A stretch of 63,894 nt of DNA, the filler included, from Choristocarpus tenellus KU-1152 (taxonomy: Eukaryota; Protista; Phaeophyceae): NCBI GenBank assembly GCA_964200185.2. It is 9 parts of 9 records of this genome, joined end to end, with 100 filler letters (N's around TTAATTAATTAA, not from the genome) between each part and the next. Parts side by side here need not be neighbours in the genome. Positions count along the whole stretch, not along the records: positions 11,250 to 28,088 come from CAXNAD020000762.1; positions 28,189 to 30,954 come from CAXNAD020024934.1; positions 31,055 to 41,427 come from CAXNAD020002967.1; 6 more parts are not named here. One strand, 5' to 3'. Both the position numbers and the translations under genes were made by a program. A model generated the notes under the pieces. It saw only the letters and a program-made list of their open reading frames with translations. It was not told where the DNA came from and made no database searches. Position 1 is the first letter of the stretch. Every line of letters starts with the position of its first letter. Below, piece by piece: positions 23,226-36,591 of this stretch.

Positions 23226-25922
23226 TCTACACGAGATACGAGTGCATCAACTTTTGACAAGGGCGTCTTCTTGCATGCTGTGCTTCATCTACAATGGTTG
23301 CCCTGGGTGCTGTGGGCGCTGTGACTCCAAATATAACATAACGTCAAACACGAGCTGCCAATCCTCAAGGGTCGTTCGTTCATATGCATCGATGAGACAT
23401 CCACTCATGAAATGATGAGTGCTCTGCTTGTTATCATGTCACATGTCAACAATTGGTTCAACAACTCGATACATCCATCAATGACGAACCAAGCCGCAAC
23501 CCCCACATCAATATCACTCTGCAGCTCTTGTCTACAAGTACATGAGTATACACTCTAGTGCCTTACTGTGATTGCGCAGAGCACCTATCCTCCGAATAGC
23601 CAGCAAACAACTCGCAAGTCCCTCTGTAAGATACTGACCACATAATGGATATCTGGCAGGGACCTTCAAAGGAAAATAGAGAGCCACCCCCGCTTCTATC
23701 CTAACATACCCCATCTCCATCCCCACTTGATCGCATTTGACTTACTTGATCGTCTCGTGGGCAAAGAACCCTCCCTCTAGGACCCGCCCACTTGTCAGCT
23801 TCACCTAATAACAAAAAGAGGGTGGTCATAGCCGGCAGGGACCCAGAAATGACATCACCCAGGTGTCCTGAGTTGCTGCACAATATGATAGGCTTAAAAC
23901 AAAATTTGTTGGAAAGGCAGAGAACAGAGCATTAAAAAAAAACCATTGTGTAGATGTGCATGTGTGTAGGGGTGTTGTGTGTGTTGTGTAACAGGTGGGG
24001 AGGGGGAGATGGCAACAACCAAAGGTAGGGGTAGTGAGGCATTCAAGGGCACAGTTCATCCATCCAGTCTCATCAACATTGTAGCTCCCACTGAGAGCTG
24101 CCACCAATATGTTCCTATCCAACAGTGTTCAAGTCAAAATTTCACAAAGTCCAAGGAGAGGGCACTTTGGTGCATTGGCAAGAATACTGTGTGTGCTACT
24201 GTTCAGGGTCTCAGGCTATCTACACAATGAGAATGCACATGTTCTATTTCAAGACCGAAAGACTAAGGGACTTGAACAAAGACTAAGATGCACCCTTTCA
24301 ACAGATTCATGATAGAGATCTGAGGGACCAAAGAAGGTAGATTCACTTTGCTTCCCACAGAAACAACTGATGCAATGTGCATCGTCCAGATTGCTCTCAA
24401 TAACGTAAGGAACTGTTGACTAGTGCTCAACAGTGCACAAAAAGAAAGGATCCACAAAAAGTCTTTGTTAGAGCTCTTTGTGTACAAGCTTCAAACACAC
24501 AATAAAAAAGACAAAAATATACAAGACAACTAGTGGATAATGATCTTCTGTACAAGATCTAATATTGCCCTCTTTGCAATGATATCGAATCCCACTCTTC
24601 TTGATGCGATATTCCTGTAATATTGTCTCTAAAAAGGTATTTGACACATGAACACTCATGTCCCGCCCCTGAGTCATTGAAGGTTCTCAGGTCAAGATAT
24701 GGAAACAGAGACCAGGTGTTCTCCGTTGCATGGCACGGGCATGAACAGTGCTGATACCTACCGTGATGACACAATCAGCACATGAGTCATTTCCTCCCCC
24801 AGTGGGGGCAGATCTTTGCGTTGCCATTGACAAGCACCCCTCCACTCGCTGTGCTAGCCAGACCCTTGCCTCTGTGAGGTGATCCACCTGAGGGTCAGAA
24901 AGAAAGTACACAGGTTCCCCATACTTGGAGATCCTGACTCGGAGTCACCCAAGTATGTCCATTAGGGATTGAGAGGCGGTAAATTCGTTGGGTGTGTTAG
25001 GCAAGGACCTCCGACATTGAGCCTAGTGGTATGATAGGATCGGTTAATTAAACATTAGCGCGGACAATAATGAAAAAATGAGTCATCTTCTACCTGTCAG
25101 CACCATCCTGTGTGATGGAGGAGTATTTCATGCTTTGTGGGGAAAGATAGTGGGGAATATCCCTGTTTTGTGTCCACCTTGCTACTATCAAGTCACCTCT
25201 ATGTGTGTCTCAGCGCTCACAGATATACAGCTCTAGGAAAACAGCTCGTAGTCTCACCTCTCGAACCCTAGTAGGTGGAGCATCTCCCTCCCACCGTGGC
25301 AGTTTATTATGCTGCGCAGTACAGTCTTGTTGAGAGCGCGAAGCTCGCGAAATTTGGGGTCAGTTGGTGAAGCGAGAATATTGCCGACTACCTATGTTTT
25401 GGGGAAACAAACGTGGGGTGGGGTGCAGTAGGTCGAGCCTACAAATGTTTCGCGTCTACAAGCAGGTTTTGTCTCCAATAAGTTGTGCATTTCAAACCTC
25501 GAGTTGTTAAGATAGGATGTTGGGTCAAAACGGGAGTTGACTAAAAGATCGACACTTTGGTCACCTTCCAGCGCTAGGCCAGCATTAACTGACAGAAAAT
25601 ATTGCATATTATCAACCCGACCTCACTGACTGCACCAAAATCCTTTTAGAATGAATCCTTTAGCTTAACACCCCCTTTCTCAAATCTTCGAGAGAGTTAC
25701 ACAAACTTTGCTACCCCTCCACGAATCTGCTTCTACTAGTGGGTCATTCACCTTGTCCATCATCGCCCCGAACTCTCGAACCGTACTAGGCCGGTTGCAA
25801 GGTAAATGGCGCTCAACCCGAGCTGCAAGTCTCATCCTCCTGTTGATAAGATCCCCAGTCATGGTGTTGGTCTTTGTTATTGAAAGTAGGGTTTTGTTGG
25901 AGGTGTTCAACCAGGGTTTCAT
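20773..25922 (-). CDS. PUB + UBX domain p97/CDC48 cofactor (UBXN6/PUX2-like); exons 25922(or 25862)-25752, 25391-25258, 25107-25094, 25022-25009, 24887-24762, 23804-23746, 22760-22719, 22104-22025, 21366-21310, 20813-20773; last exon unresolved (~20300-20580)
   Basis: PUB: MMDKVVGNILASPTDPKFRELRALNKTVLRSIINCHGGREMLHLLGFE. UBX: CVITVKLTSGRVLEGGFFAHETIKNVYEFLHASVVNSSEDLRLCHGSPPQQLGEDMLGVTLKETNFMPTATLEV. All junctions are GT-AG and phase-consistent. Confidence 0.85.
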
Positions 25923-26105
25923 AATGTATTGGATAGCCTTGCCAATAGATTCTACCACAGTTTCATAGATCTTACCATTATTGTCTTCCTCAGCCAATGT
26001 GTGCGTAATGAGTAGCCCGCACCAGTAGGCGAGGATAGTACAGCACAGTAGGATTCAGGCGCAATCTCACCCCCCATCCCCACTCCACCAGGCGCATGCA
26101 TTAGT
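25923..26105. promoter_or_regulatory. Probable bidirectional promoter between the PUB-UBX (-) and MORN (+) genes
   Basis: Only ~180-240 bp separate the divergent start codons, in a CpG-retaining region. Confidence 0.55.
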
Positions 26106-27844
26106 ATGACTGGCATCACACAAGACTGGTGCCTAACAGAGGATGGGCGTATATACCACAAAGGAACTAAGGCCTATCCAAATGGAGACAAATACACGGT
26201 GGGAATTCCCACTGTGTAATGACTGTACGAAAGGATTAATTCAAGCACCATTGCCTCATAAACTCAAGTGTTAACCCATCGTGACACGCAAATGCTTCTA
26301 CGCTTGAAGAACAGATCATAACTCGAATAAATCTTTTGGCTAACTGCAGGGCGAGTTTGTCGATGGAATGCGTGAGGGTGAGGGCGAAATGGAGTTTTCC
26401 AATGGAAGCACGTGAGTGTGTACCCTCAACCGGGTCAGGGCTAAAGCCTCTGTTATTCTGATGCGTCTTTAAGGAAGTTGGTAGTGAATCCATAGGGTTT
26501 TTATCTGATGTGTGCTTTCTAAGGGACTTCTGTACAGCCACGGAGTCAAACCTATCATACCTTTCAGTAAGTGACAATACACTCAATCCACCTACGTTCG
26601 CGTCTTTGAAATGGTTATCACTGATCTCAACCTCATCAACCAGATACCGAGGGAGGTTTAAGGCCAACCAATTCCATGGCACCGGGATAATGGAGTATGG
26701 ACTGCTGGTTGAGGATGGAAAGGTAAGATGCTGACATTATTCCATGAAGCTACACGACTACTCCAAAAGCATAATGTAATACACACAAATTTTGTTATTT
26801 GTGATAGACATAAGCACCAACTAACTATTTCTAACCAGTCTAGGAAATGGCACTGTGTTTACTTGTACTATTTCATGCATGTGACTGATATGGCTAAAAT
26901 AACTCCTGTCCAAACACACCTTGGATCAGTGTTCCTCTTGAGCTTGACCAGAGTCAACCCTTTAGAACCTCACTTAAAAGAGATGTCTACATTTATTACA
27001 GCTCTAATTTTCCCCCTTCGTAGCGAATAATAGGGCGCATTTACAACGGTGAATGGGCCAGGGGTCTCAAGCATGGTCATGGAACTTTGCATACAGGGAC
27101 AGGGCAGGTTTATGAGGGGTTTTTTGCGCTGGACATGTACAGTGGGCATGGCGTCCTGAAGGGGCCTGGGGAAGTGATTCTAGATGGGGAATGGAGGAAA
27201 GGACTGCTCAATGGTAAGCATTTACCCTTCTCAACTGTTACATTCTCCTCAACCCTTTCCTTGGCTATGCACCAATCGAGAGTACTAACCTTTGAAGTCT
27301 GTACTAGACTGGAAAGGAAAATAGAATTTACGGAAGCCAGGAAAAATCACTGAGCTTGTGACACCCTATCATACCCTTTTGAACTCCTCCATTGAGCCAT
27401 GACTGACACACACATTGTGAGTAAATAGGTGTGATGACAATTACCTTGAAAAGTGATGGTGATTTCAAACCCCTGAACCAGTAAGCCACACCCTGAATAT
27501 TCCCAATCCTCAGCAAGAGTGCCCCCCGCCTGCTCTCCATGGAAGGGCCAACATTACAATAGCTGTTACATATACATGATCACCATCAGTATGATAGAAT
27601 AGGACAAAGAACACAATGGCAATGAATTGTTCGTGGCATCGGTTTTGAGCCTCTACATTGAACGTCTTATGCGATCTCTTGACTTTCATTGTCGATATGT
27701 GTTCTAGGTAAGGCATCTTGCACATACCCCTGGGGCATCAGATATGAAGGGGAAATGGTCAGAGGGGAGTATCACGGGAAAGGGCGGCTTGTGTTTGGCA
27801 AGAAACGAGGTTGGTATGAGGGAAGCTTCAAACTGGGGAGGCAG
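26106..27844 (+). CDS. MORN-repeat protein, 3'-partial; exons 26106-26198, 26350-26411, 26644-26722, 27024-27213, 27708-27844
   Basis: Repeated YxGxW/FxxGxxxGxG units: YTGEFVDGMREGEG, YRGRFKANQFHGTG, YNGEWARGLKHGHG, YEGFFALDMYSGHG, YEGEMVRGEYHGKG. Canonical phase-consistent splice sites. Confidence 0.92.
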
Positions 27845-27988
27845 GTGAGGAGAGAATAGGAATAGGATGGGGTTGGTAACTAGAAATGGACTAGGTTTAG
27901 GGGGTGGTTGGTTGGGTGGGTTATTTGGTGTACACTGGTACTCGTGTTTGTATAATCTCCAGCTGACCTGTTTGAATTGTTGAGTCAA

Positions 27989-28088
27989 GGGTTAAAGTAT
28001 CTGGGGGGGGGGGGTGTTGGCGTCCGTTTTTCACCCTTTCTTCGATTTTCCCTTTTTTGGTGTGGTTTGGTCGCTCCGGTCGGAAGAG
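27989..28088. mobile_element. MITE family A, partial (contig end)
   Basis: Starts GGGTTAAAGTATCTGGGGGG. Confidence 0.7.
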
Positions 28089-28188
28089 NNNNNNNNNNNN
28101 NNNNNNNNNNNNNNNNNNNNNNNNNNNNNNNNTTAATTAATTAANNNNNNNNNNNNNNNNNNNNNNNNNNNNNNNNNNNNNNNNNNNN
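28089..28188. other. Artificial contig linker
   Basis: N44-TTAATTAATTAA-N44. Confidence 0.98.
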
Positions 28189-28225
28189 ATGGACAGCCGC
28201 CACCCCCTCCCAGATACTTTGAGCC
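28189..28225. mobile_element. MITE family A terminus (contig start)
   Basis: ATGGACAGCCGCCACCCCCTCCCAGATACTTTGAGCC. Confidence 0.8.
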
Positions 28226-28611
28226 TCCAGCAAACCTTTCATGGTAATCCAAAAAGGGACATGAAGCGACACACACAAAAACTACTTCTAGAGGCACTCA
28301 TGTGCATCCATTGGTAGTCCTTGAATTCTTCAAAAAGGTCTAGATCAACGGAGTCCATACATACTTCAAAGCATGTTGAAAGCGTGTGATGATGATCGTG
28401 AATCAGTTACCCCTCAATCAGCGCACCACTGCTCACTATACCCAACCATGTCAGAGCTGACGCGGTAGAAGAGGCTTCAGGGTAGTCCATGCACAGTGAT
28501 AGACTTCAGCAAAATGTGGAGATGATGATGCTTGGTAAGGATGAAGCAGTATGGTGTGATAGTGTGCGTCCCATCTTGCCGTGGAAAAAGATGGTGCCCC
28601 CAAGAAAGCTA

Positions 28612-28774
28612 GACCTAAAGTATCTGGGGGGGGGGGGTCTACACCAGGGGGTCCATTTGGGTCAAAATCAGGAAAAGTGTATTTACATTGTCCATACGAC
28701 TTATGCAACCAAATCACCCCAAAATCGCGACATGAAAGAAATGACCCCAAATGGACAGCCGCCACCCTCCCCGA
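28612..28774. mobile_element. MITE family A, one TIR eroded
   Basis: GACCTAAAGTATCT(G)nTCTACACCAG...CCCCAAATGGACAGCCGCCACCC; reverse complement of the 60254 copy. Confidence 0.85.
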
Positions 28775-28984
28775 GCAGGAGGTGTATGTCTTGTACTCTT
28801 TGCATGTGTTTCTGATCTCATGCTTCCACCTTGTTGGTTGAACATGTGAGGTGGTCAGACAGTAGTATCCTAGGTGTCCCATAGATAGTACCATGTGAGT
28901 ATCGTCTGACTATCGTGTCTCTTGTGAGAGGAGATACAAACACCATAGATGATGAAGTAATTCAATCAAACATTCAATATCTAC

Positions 28985-29732
28985 CTGTGACTGACTCCAT
29001 CGCAGCAACTGCAGCTTTGATTAGAGTGCTTTCCATACCGTGAGCTGAAGCATGTATACCAAGTACATTACATCAGCTGCGCCAAAGGCGGAATATTCTA
29101 CTCTACTACTTCGAAGTATGTCGGAATGGTTCACACATAATGTTCATGTCTAAACTCATCCTCCTCCAAGATTTAAAAAAAAGACACTCACAAAGCACAA
29201 AGCACTTGTACTTCAGGAGGACCAAGGAGAGAGCCCATGAACAGGAAAGGGATATGGCTCCTTACAATGAGACTGTCCAGTGCTCATGAGTAAAAGGAAG
29301 GTACTATATATACTATACACAGTGTCATCATAGGAGAATATCATCTGTACCTTTAACCACCAACAAACCACAATCCATCGGCAATAGAAGCCACAAACAA
29401 GAACAATTCACTACAAATACGTCTTGGCAATAATCGGAGGAGTCAATGGTCACTTCAATCCTGCAACCTGTTGCTGGCACTGTAATAGCTAGCACAAAAT
29501 AAAAACACGAACACCAAAACACGCATGAATGAACACACTGCCGCCAAACGCACGGTATCTCCTGTCCTACTGAGAAGCATGCGACCCTGACAAACGTAAA
29601 GCCAACCGGAGGTTTTCAAGCACCCGCCAAAATACCACTACTCATCCTTCCCACCGAAGGAATACACCACAAAGCACAACCACATTCAAAAAAACAAGAC
29701 AGATCTAACATATCATCCTACACACACGCACG

Positions 29733-29770
<38 letters not shown>

Positions 29771-30078
29771 GGAGTACTCCAAATTGCAACAAAAAACCAA
29801 GCAAACCATCCATCTTCCGCAACAACAAGAACAAGAACAAGAACAACCGCCCCCCGCCCCCGCAGACCTCCTGAGTCAGTCCGCCCGGGGGTGATTGATG
29901 CGAAAACACTGAATGCTCAGGCGGTCACAGATATCCCATATGACACCCACAACATAACGGAGATAAAAAAACAGCGTCAACGCCAAGCACAACCATAGAG
30001 ACAGTTCTGGATCCACGGGACTCGTCCGGGACCCGATGGCGGCGCTTCAGTCGCAGTGAGGCAGGCCGTGAGTGACAT
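28985..30078 (-). CDS. Probable 5' exons of an unidentified spliced gene (30078-29994; 29044-28985; possibly others)
   Basis: ATG exon MSLTACLTATEAPPSGPGRVPWIQNCLY ending at a GT, and a 60-nt AG/GT-bounded exon (A)HGMESTLIKAAVAAMESVT. Phase-compatible, but no family recognised. Confidence 0.3.
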
Positions 30079-30556
30079 GTCGACCGAAGGGAGTTGAGAG
30101 GGATCGGTTTGACAGGGTCGGTTGAGGGGACAAGTGTGTCACGGGTCAAGGGGTTAGGAAAAATGTCCACAGTTAGGCTATACAGGAACGGCACCGGAAT
30201 GTTGGTAACATGGAGGCATTGGACAACCGTGCTGAACCATCATCGTGGTGGACAGTCCCATACGGCATGTTTTATTACCATAACTGCACCGAATCGGTGG
30301 TACACTCAAATGCAAAAAAAAAAACGCAACAAATTTTTATAAATGCAGCGACTGCTACTGCGCTATTGTTCTGTTCTTGCATGAATTCCTGTGTGTGTGT
30401 GTTTGTGTGTGTGTGCATGTGTAGCAAAATAATAAAATTGTAGGGATGAACTACTACGATTCGATTGGGGGTAGTGGATAAGAGTATTTATTTAATTGTT
30501 TCACTTTTTCGACTGTCCCGGTGTGGGGGTGTTACCAAAAACACCACGAAATCACC

Positions 30557-30879
30557 ATGATGAGGTGAGACATGGGCCATCAAATCACAACCAGATGACA
30601 CTAGTACCACAAGATAGTTAGATTCTTAGCGTGAGGGCACACACAGCGGTGTACACGATCACCGCCCCCCTGCGTCGTAGGAGTTCAAAGGGTTAGGGAT
30701 TCCATCTTTGCCACGCACAACCGTAGAAGGGGTATGCTGCCACCAGATTGAGGAAGCTCACAACAGTAACCATCCCGTCAAAAACAGAACTCTCTGACAG
30801 TACGGCGATGGCGTTACTCCACCGTCAAATGGGACTACAATCATATAACTGTACGGAAACAAATATCGAGTCCCAGGCA
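30557..30879 (+). CDS. Probable 5' exons of an unidentified gene (30557-30564, 30801-30879), truncated by the contig end
   Basis: CACCATGATGAG|GTGAG and GACAG|T...GCA|GTGAGT give MMSTAMALLHRQMGLQSYNCTETNIESQA in consistent phase. Confidence 0.35.
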
Positions 30880-30954
30880 GTGAGTCGCGAGAGGGGGGAG
30901 GGAGTGGTGTCTCCTTCGACGTTTCGGAACTCCGTTTTTTTTTTTTTTTTTTTT

Positions 30955-31054
30955 NNNNNNNNNNNNNNNNNNNNNNNNNNNNNNNNNNNNNNNNNNNNTT
31001 AATTAATTAANNNNNNNNNNNNNNNNNNNNNNNNNNNNNNNNNNNNNNNNNNNN
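30955..31054. other. Artificial contig linker
   Basis: N44-TTAATTAATTAA-N44. Confidence 0.98.
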
Positions 31055-31162
<108 letters not shown>

Positions 31163-33289
31163 CCTTTTAATGTAGCAAGTGGTGTATATAATGTCCTCTG
31201 GGAATGAGCTGCTTTGCGTTGGATGTCTCACAATATTCTGGAGGATAGGGCTGTAGAGTAGTTTTGAGTTTGTTCTGAAAGGCTGCTGCAGCTTTGTTTT
31301 TTGTGGAATTGGATATGTAGGTGTTGAGATGTGAGTGATCTGCAAAGTATTAGCCTGTAGTAGGTAAAACCAAATAATACAGTGATTGCAAATCTCTTTT
31401 ATTATCTGTGTGAACCGAGTGGGTTGATGGATTCTTTTTGTAACTTCTATCAAACCTCTTCAGTCTGTCATGCTCTTCTTCTGAGCGATGTGTAACTAAT
31501 CTTCATACTCATGAAGTTGCAAACATGTGCTGTGTGTTGCCTCGATTTTTGAGAGTGAGGTGTGTATGTTTCAATGGAGTTCATGATGAGAAATTAGTAC
31601 TGATGATACAATACAACCAAGCCCATGGTCTTGTTGAGAAATTGGTAACTGTACACCCTATCTCCCCTTGATTCAGTGTTTTTGTTGTTACACATTGCCC
31701 CATGCAAGATACCCTGCCATGCAGCATATTTTTGTTCACCAGTTCACCATGTAGGATGTGCACCATTCCTCCTGTTCCAGAAATAATGAAATCAAATCAT
31801 TGAAAACGATTCCTATAAAGTAAAGACGTCAAAAAGGATATTTCACTATTATTTTGAGCTGCCATAAATTTACCTTCTCATAAACTTACATATTTGAGCA
31901 AGAAATGAAAAAAGTGATTAACACACGATAGGCTATTGTGTCAATTAGTTACTTTGGTAATAACAATGCTTCTGCACTCCCAAAATAAGTTCGCTCTGCT
32001 CTTCCACCCCTCCCTGTGAAATATTTAGAAAGAATATATCATGGCTTGCTGAAGACAATCTATTATCTGAAATAACTGGTTAAGTAGTGCCTACCAATAA
32101 TTGTCAGAGATTCCTTATTATTTTTGGGATTTTGTGCTCCATTTAAATTCAAACTTCTCCACAGTAGTAGTAGTGAGCCAGGTTCCGACTGTTTTGCGTT
32201 TTAAGTCTGTTTTGTGATCTTCTGCAGCTCACCGATATTTCTACGGATAAGTTCTGGGTTTGACTTGAATCTTTGTTTCTCTGTTTGAAAATTTTCGGCT
32301 ACAATTCAGAAAATGTCCTAGACACATTTGTAAAACCCTCCGAATTTTGTACATATTTGTTGGTATTCTTCGAATGCAACTAGGGATACCTCTCGTTTAC
32401 TTTGACTCAGTAGTGTTAATCTCATGATGACCATCACTGCTGTCTACATCATCGGATGGCAGCCGTTTTCTTGCTGAGTTGCTGAGTTCTTCCTATGATA
32501 CTTGCTATCTGCTTGGCTGCATTTTTGCACGATGAATATAATAGTGTTGGCTACTTAGGCTAACTTATTTTATTCCAATAACTAACTGTACACAGCAGTA
32601 GAAGATTTGTCTTACCAAAACGCCCTTTTGTCTTGTAGGTATCCACAATACTCATTGTTACATACTTTGTTGTGGAGAGCACGTATGTCTAGAAGGTAAA
32701 TGGTGTGAGGTAGTAGTTACAGGTCCTAAATGGAATTTCGTCAGATAGTACTAAATAATCATGCTTCTCTTACGGGGTCTGGTTTTGTGTGATGGGGGGT
32801 GATGAAAACCACCGGAGATTTGGTCAAGAAGGAAGTGAGAGATGGAATTTAGTCATGCTGGGTATGCATTGATAACCTCAGAGTGGCATGTTGATCAATC
32901 TCCACTGTGATCGGTTGTGACAAGCTTGAACATAAAACGCAATTGCTGGCTTTGCTGCTTTGAATCCAACATTCATGTTGGGGTTACTGCGAGCCAATCA
33001 TGTATCTGAATTGCACCACATCTTGTTGACTGACCTCAATGGCAAAAGGTGTTGTGCGTAAATGGATGTGACTGTGTATCTATCACTCACACCGCTGTCG
33101 GGAGATCCAAAAGAGGACCTTGTCTAGATCAAGAAACACTGGAGAAACCATAAAACCTAGTACACAACTTAACAATAGCAGATGTTTAACAAACCATAAC
33201 TTGCCACAAGCAGGACTTGTAACGACTGTTGCATCTATTGTAACTTGCTCCTCATGACCTTTCTTGGACATAGGTGAGGATTTTCCTAG

Positions 33290-33467
33290 GAGTCAAAGTA
33301 TCCACGTGGGGGTGGTGGCTGTCCATTTGGGGCCAATTTTTTCATGTCGCGATTTTTGGGTGATTCAGTTGCTACGTTGGATTGATAATGTAAGTGCAAT
33401 TTTCCTGGTTTTGGCCCAGATGGACTCCCCGGTGTAGACCCCCCCCCCCCCCCAGATACTTTGGGTC
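33290..33467. mobile_element. MITE family A, full length (~178 bp)
   Basis: GAGTCAAAGTATC...(C)nAGATACTTTGGGTC; flanks TAG/CAG. Confidence 0.9.
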
Positions 33468-36400
33468 CAGACTAGAATGTGTTGTTCAACTCTTTCATAT
33501 TGTTGGCACAAATCAACTTTAATCAAAGTATGACTCAACCTGCCTTCACACACTGAAGGTTTTATCTTGCTGCATATGATTATCTGGGTATGTGGATATT
33601 TAACCTTTTTTGAAAATCACTGTTGGTACTGCTACTGACATTCTAGTGATATCGCTTAGATATATATAGACCTACCCCACACCTTGCAAGGCACCCATTT
33701 AGGAGTTGTCAGTAGGAGTTCTAACTGTAAAGGGAGTGAGTGGTAGATGTTTGTTCATAGTTTGATTCATTTGACACTGCAACTTGGAGATATGCCCTTG
33801 CCAGTCCTAGATTGATATCAGCACCATGTCAGCTTTTGGGACAGTCCGAGATTGGGACAAAAAATAAATTTTGTTTGGAGACGGTATTGAATGTATTCCT
33901 GAACTCACAGAACCCTACCAATTCCATCTCTTCCCAACACATGTTTGTTAGACTCCAAATCCATCAAAGAAGAAACATGTCGTCTTATGTTTCGATTTCA
34001 GTGACCATATCTGAGTTCACCACACCCGTACATATGTAGCAAAGATATATCTTCCTCCTGGGCAAACATTGGACACAATTTGAAGCAATGTATGTCACAG
34101 TTTGCTCTAACAATGAAAATGGAAAGGGCATCCAGGATGCCAATTCCCACTATTGACAAGGAAAAGTCGATTCCCAGGAAATGATCTGACTTGCACAAGG
34201 TGCAACATGTTGAGAATTATAGTGGAGAGTAGTTGACATGAAATACTGGTGAATGGGAATAGTAACTTCTGGATATCCAGACTTCAAAACTACTTTGAAA
34301 CTCAGTACCACGAGTCAAGTAGCGAGGAGGAAAACGTTTCGTGGGTGGGGTTTAAAGAGGGAGTGGGAGTTGTAAATGTTGTCTTTATTCAATGAAACCT
34401 GTTTTTTGAATGGGCATTGATAGATGCTTGGAATCCAACACAAACGTGCCCTTGATCAAAGTAGGACACAAGAATGGCGTTAAGTACTGTCAACTAGTGA
34501 TGGACCCTTTGATATAGCTAAATGCTGGATAGCCCGAGACTTCCTTTCGAAGCAGAAGGCCTGCAAGAATATATGGGACCAAACGTGAGAGGGTAATATC
34601 TTCATACGTCAGTTCTTGTATCTTTGTTGACATTCAACAATTATTCGGGCATGTCAACACCGCCTTCAACTTCAAGTTGTCCAAACTTGGTCAGCAATAT
34701 CTAATCGCAATGTGGAATAAGATTCAGAGCGACTTGAATCTAGTACTCTTCTATCAGGATAACACACAAACAGAGGAAGGGTTGAGCATGAGTTGTACTC
34801 CTCTTGAGTAATACTGAAACGCTAAAAAACCCCATCATACACACATCATCTGCAACAGCACTATTGAGTTAGTTTTCGATGGTGTTATTTATATTTTTGG
34901 ATGGTTTCCTATTGGTCTTTTTTTTTTATTGCTGGTATCAGAATGTTTTTAGGGGGTTTCAAGGCCATGCTTGTTGAATAATTTTATACAGGAAAGGCTT
35001 GTCACCAGAAGCTGCTGGTGGGTTACATGGTCAAAATACACTGGTCTATTTATTTTCCGCTGTTCTTTTGCCTTAGCCATCCATTATCACTTAAAGTATG
35101 GCCAACGACTGACTCATGATACTGTTACGTATGTTATTAACTCTGTATTGTACCAAACTAAAGATAAACATACATGAAACTGTGTTATATGCTCGTATCA
35201 GCACACATAATGTAAACATAACACTAGTTGCTCGACAATGCCGACAGACTTTTATGCTCTAGTAGTGTGCTTAACTCAGAAGCGTTATGGCCCAGCTTGG
35301 GAACAGTGGTCTGAATTCTGTAAGTATTTAACTTGAGTAGGTGGCTTGATTCCAAGAGTCAGGAACTGAATGTGGTGAAAGCATTAGGATAATTGATATG
35401 TTAATGCTGCGGGAGTAGGGGCAACTAACGGAACGACAAAGAGTAAGGTTTGAGCAATACAATACTACCACCAGCATTTCCTCAACTTTTAGTTGCCAAC
35501 TCAACATTGCTTCTTGTCTTCGGTAATAAAGGATATAGACAGAAGCCACACAGATGTAGGTATTCAACCTAAGACTAGGAGACCATCGATGTGGAGGATG
35601 ATAGTTGAAACAAGACAGTGATGGTGTCAGGAAGGGAGGGGGAACTGGCGAGGTTAGGACTGGGTTTCTTTTCGTTCTTCTCTTTGGCGAGAGCCTCGGA
35701 GCTGTAGGTGTATCACAAGGGGGGGAGGGTGCATAGGGATTTTGCAATAAGGAGGTGGAATGTTGCGTTGAAAAAAGGAGGCCAGATTGGATTGGGGGAA
35801 TAGACGTGAGGCAGACAAGGTAGGGGTCACACTCACAGGGTCGAAAGGGGATCAAGGGAAGAAGGGCGCGTTACTCACAAGGTAAGGAGGTAATGGAGCG
35901 GAAGGGTGAAGAAGGGATGGGAGGTTTTGAGATTCGTGGTGACATTTATCGAATATTTCCCACACTTACCACCCGACACCCCCCTAGGTGCCATGGAAGG
36001 ATGAGGAAAAGTGAAGGTGATTACAAGAAATCAGGCAACATGTGTCGTGAGGAAAATAGTAAAGGAGCTCAGTATGAGGTCAAAGGAGTGTGTGGTCTAC
36101 ACTTGGATATAATCAGGGTAGCAGTGAGGATGGAGACTATGGCGGCGACGGATATTGTGATACAGAGGTAGGGGAGATAGAAGTCAGGGTCGTTCATGGT
36201 GTATGTTAAAGCCCACCAGAGAGACCTGGTGTGGGTGTAAAAAGGACTACCAGAGAGCAGCATGGGTTGGGTGAACTAGGGCAAGAGGTACAAGAGTGAA
36301 TTAGATGTAGGCATTGACCAAAAGGGGGGATAAAGCTCTGGCGGGGTAGATGCCTTTTAGTTCAAAGGCATGGTTTGGCATGGGAGAGGATGATTGGGGG

Positions 36401-36591
36401 GTATTTCTGGAATGTGTGTGAGTGGATTCAAGGAAATTGGTTGTATTGTTTGCTCATGAGACACAGCGACGGAAATTGAGCAATTTAGTTGATGACTGGA
36501 TCATTTTGTGACGGGAGACCAGAGAGGCGAAGATCGGTCGCATTGATTGGTCACTGTATGCGAATACCGGAAATTGGCCACACTGGTTAGT

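Noticed and set aside
27989-28225. MITE A halves on either side of the linker as one element, implying true adjacency
   Set aside because: Both pieces appear to represent the same end of the element in opposite orientations, so they cannot be one copy.
31500-35300. Possible endogenous viral, Helitron or Fanzor/TnpB relic in the unexplained AT-rich region
   Set aside because: Frames inspected by eye gave no RuvC, Rep/helicase or capsid motifs and had frequent stops. A translated profile search is needed to exclude this fully.
35300-36460. Strongly purine/pyrimidine-skewed stretch as a LINE 3' fragment
   Set aside because: Only compositional resemblance; no RT or endonuclease motif was readable.
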